This document shows positions 28,584 to 34,026 of a DNA stretch of 34,026 nt, piece by piece (the stretch's first letter is position 1; every line of letters begins with the position of its first letter). A program made the translations under genes and the position numbers. The notes under the pieces are model-generated. The model made no database searches and was not told the DNA's origin. It worked only from the letters and a program-made list of their open reading frames with translations. This DNA is from an uncultured Alphaproteobacteria bacterium (GTDB taxonomy: Bacteria; Pseudomonadota; Alphaproteobacteria; Bin95), in contig CAWUWV010000188.1 in NCBI GenBank assembly GCA_963926085.1, positions 1-34,026 on the forward strand, read 5' to 3'.

Positions 28584-29675
28584 ATGACTGATCCCGCGCC
28601 CACAATCTGGCTGCTGACCGATGGCCAGCCCGGCAACCTGACCCAGATCGAAGGGCTGGCGGCCCACCTGGCTGACCGGGGGGCGGATGTCCAGGTGAAG
28701 CGCCTGCGCTCAAACCGCTGGCACATGCTGGGCGCGGCGCTGCTAGGCGCTAGCGGGATGTCGATTGACCAATGCCGCTCAGATGCGCTGGCCGCACCTT
28801 GGCCAAATATGGTGATCGGCACAGGTCGCCGTTCTGCGCCCTGGGTTCGCCGCGTGAAGCGGTTAAGCGGCGGGCGGGCGCTGGCAGTGCAGTTCGGCCA
28901 GAAGGGTGCTAACCTGATGGAGGGCCTCGACCACGCGTTTGTTGTTGGCCACTGGCGTCTACCGCCACATCCCCGGCGTGAGAAGATTTTGACGCCGCCC
29001 ACTGGTGCCACGCCTGCACGGCTCGCGGCGGCTAAAGCAGCAGACACAGGCCTGCTTGATCTTTCGCGCGGCCCTTGGCTGCTGCTGGTCCTGGGCGGGC
29101 GGTGTTTTGATCACGACCTTCCGCCAGCGCTTGGGGCGGGTATTGCGGTGCAAGCGCGGGAGGCCGCAGAGCGTCTCGGCGGCAGCCTCGCCATTGTGTC
29201 CAGCCGGCGGAGTGGGGCTGCGCTGGAGCAAGCGGTAAAGAACGCCGCGCCCGGTGCCGTGTTCTTCCCATGGGACCAAACGCCCAACCCATTCCTGGCG
29301 CTGCTGGCATCGGCGGACACAGCCATCGTCACTGGCGATAGTGAAAGCATGGCGGCTGAAGCGATTGCGGCGGGCTTGCCAGCCTACCTGGCCCCCGTAC
29401 CAACGCGCAGCAGTCCGCGTATGGCGGTGGAGCGGGCGGCGGCGTGGCTGCATGGGCTTGGCGGGACTTGCGCATGGGCTATCCGGCAAGTCTGGGCGGC
29501 AGGGGTGCTGTTGCCGCCCCGGGACCTTGATCAGTTCCTGGATGATCTGGTCGCTGCAGGCTTCGCCCGGCGCTTGACGGAGGAGACTGAAATCAGGCTG
29601 GATTGGCACCCGCCGCCGCCGCCAGATACGGCGCTGGCGGACAGGTTAATGGCGATCATTCGTAAGCGTTCGTAA
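28584..29675 (+). CDS. ELM1/DUF1022-family (mitochondrial-fission-ELM1-like, glycosyltransferase-fold) protein
   Basis: IWLLTDGQPGNLTQIEGLA N-terminus and the VTGDSESM motif are typical of this family. Confidence 0.6.
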   Translation: MTDPAPTIWLLTDGQPGNLTQIEGLAAHLADRGADVQVKRLRSNRWHMLGAALLGASGMSIDQCRSDALAAPWPNMVIGTGRRSAPWVRRVKRLSGGRALAVQFGQKGANLMEGLDHAFVVGHWRLPPHPRREKILTPPTGATPARLAAAKAADTGLLDLSRGPWLLLVLGGRCFDHDLPPALGAGIAVQAREAAERLGGSLAIVSSRRSGAALEQAVKNAAPGAVFFPWDQTPNPFLALLASADTAIVTGDSESMAAEAIAAGLPAYLAPVPTRSSPRMAVERAAAWLHGLGGTCAWAIRQVWAAGVLLPPRDLDQFLDDLVAAGFARRLTEETEIRLDWHPPPPPDTALADRLMAIIRKRS

Positions 29676-29773
29676 ACCGGCTCGAATTACACTTGCTTCA
29701 AAGCCCGCCCGCTGGCATTGTCCCGCCGCATTCGCCGGGTGATTCCAATTCGGGTCAACCCAGTCGCTAGTAC

Positions 29774-29848
29774 GCTGCCGTAGCTCAGGGGTAGAGCACT
29801 CCCTTGGTAAGGGAGAGGCCCGGGGTTCAATTCCCCGCGGCAGCACCA
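29774..29848 (+). tRNA. tRNA-Thr (anticodon GGT), CCA encoded
   Basis: Folds by hand into a cloverleaf: acceptor GCTGCCG/CGGCAGC, D arm GCTC/GAGC, anticodon arm CTCCC-TTGGTAA-GGGAG, T arm CGGGG-TTCAATT-CCCCG, then ACCA. Confidence 0.9.
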
Positions 29849-29862
29849 GCTATCTTATTGAA

Positions 29863-29880
29863 ATATAAAGTATATAAAGT
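29863..29880. repeat. tandem 9-bp direct repeat ATATAAAGT x2 just 3' of the tRNA
   Basis: Read directly from the sequence. It marks the start of the AT-rich segment. Confidence 0.8.
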
Positions 29881-29925
29881 GAGTTGAGATTCCTGTTCAC
29901 GGCATGTGGCGGCGCGTGAATGTCG

Positions 29926-29962
29926 CTCAGAGGCACCTCAGAGCGTGAAAATAGCGTGAAAA
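29926..29962. repeat. phased short direct repeats: CTCAGAG x2 and AGCGTGAAAA x2, each pair 11 bp apart
   Basis: CTCAGAG at 29926 and 29937. AGCGTGAAAA at 29942 and 29953. A third GCGTGAA at 29914. Confidence 0.75.
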
Positions 29963-30051
29963 CTTTCTGATAGTCAGCGCTAAACTATTGCCGGGCTGAG
30001 CACACTGATTCTTCTAGCCTGATGCGCCACCCCCGCTGATCGAGAGAAAGT

Positions 30052-30270
30052 TTGATTACAATCCAAACCTACGGGGACCTGATTGAGCACGGGCTGACGC
30101 TCGCCTATCATTGCCAGCCCTGCAGGCGATGGGTTGATGTGGACCTGGCCGCCTTGGTCGAATCCGGACGGGGCAGCGAGATTTATATTGGTCGGACGGT
30201 GCGCTGCACTGTTTGTGGTGAAGTTGGAAGCGGTCAGGTGCGTCCGATTAACACGGCTGGTGGTGCTTGA
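30052..30270 (+). CDS. small zinc-ribbon-like hypothetical protein (CxxC ... CxxC)
   Basis: 72-aa ORF with a TTG start. CQPC and CTVC pairs are 29 residues apart. Coding status not proven. Confidence 0.4.
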   Translation: MITIQTYGDLIEHGLTLAYHCQPCRRWVDVDLAALVESGRGSEIYIGRTVRCTVCGEVGSGQVRPINTAGGA

Positions 30271-30322
30271 TTTGTCAACCGTGCTAATCCAGCGCCATAT
30301 AGTACAGGCGCTCTCCGCTCAA

Positions 30323-30796
30323 TCAGCTGCGGGCGGCTAAGACGAATAACTCTCGCTGTTGAGAGCGGGTCTGTTTGGCGATGATTTCAAAGCGCTCCCA
30401 GGCAGCCGCATTATCGACGACATCTAGGAGATCTTTGATATAGCGCTCGATCTCGCCCATCCGCACCTTTAACACCGCAACGTCGCCGCCCATAGCCGCC
30501 ATGCTCGCTTCGCTTGAGTCCAAGCGATCTCTGAGCTCGTTGATAAGCTTAATTTCCGCCTCACGCTGCGCGAGGAGATTATCTGCTGCGCTGCCGGGTT
30601 GAGGAATGTCTCGGCCCATTTTTTCGTATTCATCGACCCATTCGACAATCGCCTTTGAGGCGTCTTGCACGGCTTCAACCTGAGTCTCGCCATCGCCAAA
30701 ACCGCCTGGCAGATCGGGGACGCGCGCCAGAAAACCGCCGCCATCCTCTTCTGAAAGGGGAGCTACAACAATAAGATATTCTTGATACTTATTCAT
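30323..30796 (-). CDS. HicB-family antitoxin-like protein with a C-terminal coiled-coil extension
   Basis: From the internal Met (30796, GGGAAGAG upstream): YLIVVAPLSEEDGGGFLARVPDLPGGFGDGETQVEAVQDASKAIVEWVDEYEKMGRDIPQP matches the HicB/UPF0150 fold signature. The last ~80 aa are heptad-like and show no RHH or HTH. Confidence 0.7.
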   Translation of the reverse strand: MNKYQEYLIVVAPLSEEDGGGFLARVPDLPGGFGDGETQVEAVQDASKAIVEWVDEYEKMGRDIPQPGSAADNLLAQREAEIKLINELRDRLDSSEASMAAMGGDVAVLKVRMGEIERYIKDLLDVVDNAAAWERFEIIAKQTRSQQRELFVLAARS

Positions 30797-30863
30797 TTTT
30801 CTCTTCCCTTTCTGTTTCTCGCGTTCCTGAATGTGAGCCTCAGCGAAGCCGATGATCTGCTTA

Positions 30864-30893
30864 ATATAAAACACCTTAATAGGTCTTTTATAT
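30864..30893. promoter_or_regulatory. AT-rich inverted repeat ATATAAAA-N14-TTTTATAT in the divergent promoter region
   Basis: Lies between the hicB-like start (30796) and the ORF starting at 30928. CTTAATA is also repeated, at 30860 and 30875. Confidence 0.3.
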
Positions 30894-30927
30894 GGCACCG
30901 TTAGCGCCCCGTGCATGAGGTCGCAGC

Positions 30928-31200
30928 ATGAGCACGATCATCCCCATCCACTTCCGCACGCTAGCCTTGAGCCACCAAAACCCTGTGGCCCGCGCTGCTT
31001 TGTACTTCTGGCAGGCATCCAGCGCGCGCCGCCAGGCGATCGCCAAGGGCGAACGCCCAAATATCCGGGCTGATTTGACCCTGCATCAGCTGGCCGAATC
31101 CGCCCCCAGGCCCGTCGCCACCCGCGCCGCAGACCTGCTGGCAGCTGCGGTCACCAGCCTCGAGCCAAGCCAGCCCAGCCAAACGGGGGGCTGCGCATGA
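30928..31200 (+). CDS. hypothetical protein (90 aa), first gene of a translationally coupled cassette
   Basis: Strong G/C preference at third codon positions in this frame. GAGG 7 nt upstream. ATGA overlap with the next ORF. Confidence 0.55.
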   Translation: MSTIIPIHFRTLALSHQNPVARAALYFWQASSARRQAIAKGERPNIRADLTLHQLAESAPRPVATRAADLLAAAVTSLEPSQPSQTGGCA

Positions 31201-31568
31201 CCCTAACAATCGGTGACGAAGCGCTTCAAATAATTCGGGGCAGCGACCCCCATTCCTTTGCAGATCAAGCGCGCCGGGAAGGCCAGAACGCCCCAGAACG
31301 GATCGCCTGGCTCTCCGCGTTACTAGACGCTGCAAAGGCGGAAGACGCTCGTATGCGGATCCGGCTTGGCAGCGCAGAGGACCGGGTGGACGAGCTGGAG
31401 GCGTCTGCAGAACAACTTGTGACCCGAGCCCAATCCGCATTCGAGCAACGCGATCAAGCCTTTGCAGCAGTAGAACGCCGGGATGGCCGGGTGGAGGGCC
31501 TGCAGATGGCGATCGGCCTGCAGGCCGCATCCCTGCGGGGCGCGGCTCAGCCGGGAGAGGCGACATGA
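31197..31568 (+). CDS. hypothetical coiled-coil protein (123 aa)
   Basis: ATGA overlaps at both ends. Heptad-rich sequence (AEDRVDELEASAEQLVTRAQSAFEQRDQAF). Confidence 0.55.
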   Translation: MTLTIGDEALQIIRGSDPHSFADQARREGQNAPERIAWLSALLDAAKAEDARMRIRLGSAEDRVDELEASAEQLVTRAQSAFEQRDQAFAAVERRDGRVEGLQMAIGLQAASLRGAAQPGEAT

Positions 31569-31702
31569 ACCGCATCCCCGACCCGCGCTTGAAAGACTGG
31601 ATGCCGGACCTAGCCCCAGCCATCAACCGCCCACGCCGCATCGCCCTGTTCTACGCGGTCGCCACCGCCCTAATCCTCGCCGCCCTGTCTATCGGAGCCT
31701 GA
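31565..31702 (+). CDS. small (45 aa) single-pass membrane protein, not in the supplied ORF track
   Basis: ATG at 31565 overlaps the preceding TGA. Hand translation MNRIPDPRLKDWMPDLAPAINRPRRIALFYAVATALILAALSIGA has a hydrophobic C-terminal helix. Confidence 0.4.
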   Translation: MNRIPDPRLKDWMPDLAPAINRPRRIALFYAVATALILAALSIGA

Positions 31703-31707
31703 AAACC

Positions 31708-32262
31708 ATGAGCCCCAAAACGTCCATCCTGGATACATTCACTCTCAGCCACGCCGAACGCATCATGGCCATGCGTGACCCTGACGAACTTATCGGCCAG
31801 CGCGGCATGGCACCGTATCTCCGGCGGTGGATCCTTGAGAGGGATGACCGTGGTGCTGTCTATATCCACGAAATTCTAGGGCCGGACCCGTCCCCTGAAA
31901 CGCACAACCACCCGTGGGTTTCGTCCGCCAAGGTCCTAAAGGGTTGGTATGAGGAGCAAAGGGGCCGCCCCTATCTCGACACGCCCGGCACCTACGTCAC
32001 CAAGCTGCACGCGGGCACCGTCAAGCACCGCAGGCCGGATGACTGGCACCGCATCCAACGTGTCGCCCCAGGCGGTTGCATCACACTGTTCGTAACCGGC
32101 CCGGTATTGCAGGACGGATGGGGCTTCTGGTGCCCCGACAAAGGCTACGTGCCGAAGGAAGAATACGTCGACCCCGACAACCCCGGCGCTATCGGCGCTG
32201 GATGCGGGGAGGCCCTTAACCCCACCCCAAACGACGCCAGAACCCGGGAGGGCTTTCAATGA
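31708..32262 (+). CDS. hypothetical protein with a cupin-like His motif (THNHPW)
   Basis: Internal Met of ORF 31483..32262 (GGAG upstream). Contains YLRRWIL...VYIHEILGPDPSPETHNHPW...GWYEE...HRRPDDWHRI. The part of the ORF upstream of 31708 overlaps two better-supported genes. Confidence 0.55.
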   Translation: MSPKTSILDTFTLSHAERIMAMRDPDELIGQRGMAPYLRRWILERDDRGAVYIHEILGPDPSPETHNHPWVSSAKVLKGWYEEQRGRPYLDTPGTYVTKLHAGTVKHRRPDDWHRIQRVAPGGCITLFVTGPVLQDGWGFWCPDKGYVPKEEYVDPDNPGAIGAGCGEALNPTPNDARTREGFQ

Positions 32263-32423
32263 GCGAACAACCAAGCCCAGTGGAAGGCAGTCTCTGGCTG
32301 CACCGCAGCTCAGGCGGCATCTACGTCGTCGACGGGTCCTGCCAGCTGGAGGCGGAGAACGTTGAGGTGGTGCAGCCCATCGCAACCGCCCTCTCTGTCC
32401 GCCAACCGGCAGATGAAGGCTGA
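32259..32423 (+). CDS. small hypothetical protein (54 aa), not in the supplied ORF track
   Basis: ATGA overlap with the preceding gene. Hand translation MSEQPSPVEGSLWLHRSSGGIYVVDGSCQLEAENVEVVQPIATALSVRQPADEG. Confidence 0.4.
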   Translation: MSEQPSPVEGSLWLHRSSGGIYVVDGSCQLEAENVEVVQPIATALSVRQPADEG

Positions 32424-32757
32424 GCAGGCGACAATGACCCAGGGAACGCAGTCCGGCTTGACGCCGCTATTCGATGAAGCTGAACTGGCCACGCAGTTTC
32501 ATTTGAGCGAACGTGCGTTTAGAGACTTGCGGGCCGAGGTCGGTTGTGGATTTAAGGCGGGACGGAAATGGCTGTTCGAAAAAGCAGACGTGCAGGCGAT
32601 CATCCTACATCTGCGCCGGAAAACGCAGGAAGCCTTGAAGGCGGAGGAGCCGGGACTGATCGATCCCGCAGGGAAAGCGGCCTCGCGCTCTACCCGCCGG
32701 GGGCGCTCAAGCCGTCAAAAAACTGGTACATCCGGGGTGCCTACCTTGGGGTGGTAA
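32413..32757 (+). CDS. excisionase/AlpA-like helix-turn-helix protein; its 3' end runs into the IS and its stop codon is supplied by IS sequence
   Basis: ELATQFHLSERAFRDLRAEVGCGFKAGRKWLFEKADVQAIILHL resembles excisionase-family HTH_17 domains. Alternative start at 32434. The TAA at 32755-32757 lies within the IS left end. Confidence 0.5.
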   Translation: MKAEQATMTQGTQSGLTPLFDEAELATQFHLSERAFRDLRAEVGCGFKAGRKWLFEKADVQAIILHLRRKTQEALKAEEPGLIDPAGKAASRSTRRGRSSRQKTGTSGVPTLGW

Positions 32758-32791
32758 TCCCCCCGAAAATCAGTGGTGTTCAGCAGTAGAA
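32753..32791. repeat. IS left terminal inverted repeat
   Basis: GGTAATCCCCCCGAAAATCAGTGGTGTTCAGCAGTAGAA, compared with the right-end complement GGTAATCCCCCCATTTTTAATGGGGCTCGGCTGTAGAAC. Confidence 0.7.
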
Positions 32792-32967
32792 TTTTCTCGG
32801 CAAGATATCTGAGGAGATTTTCGATGAAGACAGCACGATATAGCGACGTCCAGATCATGGTAATTTTGAAGCAGGCAGAGGGCGGTGTTCCTGTGTCTGA
32901 GCTTTGCCGTGAACACGGCATGAGCAGCGCCTCATTTTACAAATGGCGGGCCAAATTCGGCGGTATG

Positions 32968-33004
32968 CCCTCTCAGTGATGCAAGCATCACCTGCCGGGT
33001 TATA
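32968..33004 (+). repeat. 37-nt hairpin element, copy A, inserted in orfA
   Basis: CCCTCTCAG-TGATGCAAGCATCA-CCTGCCGGG-TTATA. Removing it joins ...KFGGM to DASLIAEMK... in frame. Confidence 0.75.
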
Positions 33005-33114
33005 GACGCATCGCTGATTGCCGAGATGAAGGATTTGGCGGATCAGAACCGGCGGCTGAAGAAGATGTATGCCGAGATGAGCATGCAGAATGATTTACTG
33101 AAGGAGGCGCTCGG

Positions 33115-33121
33115 AAAAAAG
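33115..33121 (+). promoter_or_regulatory. A AAA AAG programmed -1 ribosomal frameshift heptamer of the IS3 transposase
   Basis: AAAAAAG at the end of orfA. The downstream orfB frame is -1 relative to the orfA C-terminal frame (positions checked modulo 3). Confidence 0.7.
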
Positions 33122-33134
33122 CATTGAGGCCGTC

Positions 33135-33173
33135 CGTTGCCCGGCAGGCGGATGCATGCATCCGCTGAGAGGG
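33135..33173 (-). repeat. 39-nt hairpin element, copy B, inverted relative to A, inserted just after the frameshift site
   Basis: The reverse complement reads CCCTCTCAG-CGGATGCATGCATCCG-CCTGCCGGG-CAACG. Removing it gives [17 protein letters not shown] in the orfB frame. Confidence 0.75.
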
Positions 33174-33986
33174 TCAGCGTCGCGAGATGGCCGTGCAAGC
33201 GGTCGTACGGCACGGGGTTAGTATAGCGCTGGCCTGCCGCGCCTTTCAGATCAGCGAGACTTGCTATCGCTACGAGCGCACGTTGAGCGACGCGAACGCG
33301 GAGATCGCCGAGTGGCTGGTCAAATTGACGACCAACCGGCGCACGTGGGGATTTGGCCTATGCTTTCTGTATCTGCGCAACGTCAAAAGCTTTGGCTGGA
33401 ACCATAAACGGGTTTATCGCATCTATTGCGAACTGGAGTTGAACCTGAGGATCAAGCCGAGAAAGCGCTTGAAACGAGACAAGCCTGATGCGCTGGCAGT
33501 GCCTGACGCGCCAAACCATACGTGGTCCATGGACTTCATGGCAGATCAATTGGCTGACGGTCGATCTTTCCGGGCATTGAATGTGCTGGACGACTTTAAC
33601 CGCGAGGGTTTGGGTATTGAGGTGGACTTCTCCCTGCCAGCGGAGCGTGTTGTGCGCAGCCTGAACCTGATCATGGAATGGCGCGGCAAGCCGACGACGA
33701 TACGTGTGGACAATGGCCCGGAGTACGTCAGTGGCAAGCTGATGGGCTGGGCAGAGAAACGGGGCATTCACATCGAATACATCCAACCCGGCAAGCCGCA
33801 GCAGAATGCTTATATCGAGCGCTACAATCGCACGGTTCGCGGCGAATGGCTGGCTCAATACATCTTTGAAACGATAGAGGAGGCACAGGAACAGGCCACG
33901 GCATGGCTGTGGACTTACAACAATGACAGACCCAACATGGGCATTGGCGGTATCACTCCCGCCATGAAACTGAAAATGGCCGCGTA

Positions 33987-34025
33987 GTTCTACAGCCGAG
34001 CCCCATTAAAAATGGGGGGATTACC
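33987..34025. repeat. IS right terminal inverted repeat
   Basis: Complement matches the left end (12 identical terminal nt plus a shared ...GTAGAA). Contains the hairpin CCCCATT-AAA-AATGGGG. Confidence 0.7.
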
Positions 34026-34026
34026 C

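Larger units (their letters stand above)
32824..33987 (+). pseudogene. IS3-family transposase OrfA/OrfAB, disrupted by two short insertions
   Basis: OrfA HTH MKTARYSDVQIMVILKQAEGGVPVSELCREHGMSSASFYKWRAKFGGM stops 3 codons into insert A. The leucine-zipper part DASLIAEMKDLADQNRRLKKMYAEMSMQNDLLKEALGKKH resumes in another frame. OrfB (33187..33987) has the DDE motifs [15 protein letters not shown] and [15 protein letters not shown], but the fusion frame carries a TGA at 33166-33168 inside insert B. Confidence 0.8.
32752..34026 (+). mobile_element. IS3-family insertion sequence (IS407-group-like); right end at or within 1-2 nt of the window edge
   Basis: Imperfect terminal inverted repeats, both starting GGTAATCCCCCC (32753-32791 and the complement of 33987-34025). 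An orfA/orfB arrangement with an A6G slippery site and a DDE transposase. Confidence 0.85.

Noticed and set aside
32962-33010. Programmed translational bypass (T4 gene-60-like hop) over insert A as a way to make intact OrfA.
   Set aside because: There is no matched take-off and landing codon pair in the right register. The only repeated GGT (32962 and 32998) would land the ribosome in the wrong frame, and the stop codon is three codons after the junction rather than adjacent to it.

Overview
This window looks like the origin-proximal region of a fairly high-GC alphaproteobacterial chromosome, followed from about 29.85 kb by an accessory or mobile segment. No rRNA genes or CRISPR arrays were seen.

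Core region, in order:
- rsmB-like RNA methyltransferase (its 5' end lies outside the window) and a frameshifted chrR-like anti-sigma factor.
- A minus-strand block: dnaQ, coaE, aroE, maf and a DUF299/PDRP kinase gene.
- A 465-bp intergenic region (5669-6133) that I call the replication origin. It has a cluster of DnaA-box-like sites, five GANTC sites and Caulobacter-Cori-like synteny.
- hemE, hemJ and rho, then four minus-strand genes: a TauD-like dioxygenase, a dienelactone hydrolase, a Sel1-like repeat protein and ogt.
- mnmE, mnmG, rsmG, parA and parB, with two perfect 16-bp parS palindromes in mnmG.
- An acyl-CoA dehydrogenase, a LysR gene carrying one in-frame TAG, and an LLM-family oxidoreductase.
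- A zur-znuC-znuB operon extended by a fused ABC exporter, with divergent znuA and a Zur box between them.
- An enolase-superfamily enzyme, a VOC-like protein, an ELM1-family protein and tRNA-Thr(GGU).

Accessory region, downstream of the tRNA:
- A visibly more AT-rich segment with short phased repeats, a small zinc-ribbon ORF and an orphan HicB-like protein with a coiled-coil tail.
- A chain of six tightly coupled small ORFs, three of them joined by ATGA overlaps, ending in an excisionase-like HTH protein.
- An IS3-family element that abuts a possible integrase 5' remnant.

The most unusual observation is inside that IS. Two mutually inverted copies of a 37-39 nt hairpin element have the same 9-nt arms, and each interrupts the transposase reading frame. 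They sit on either side of the A6G frameshift site, and both lie next to the same tetranucleotide.

All calls come from reading the sequence and the supplied translations. No database search was run.
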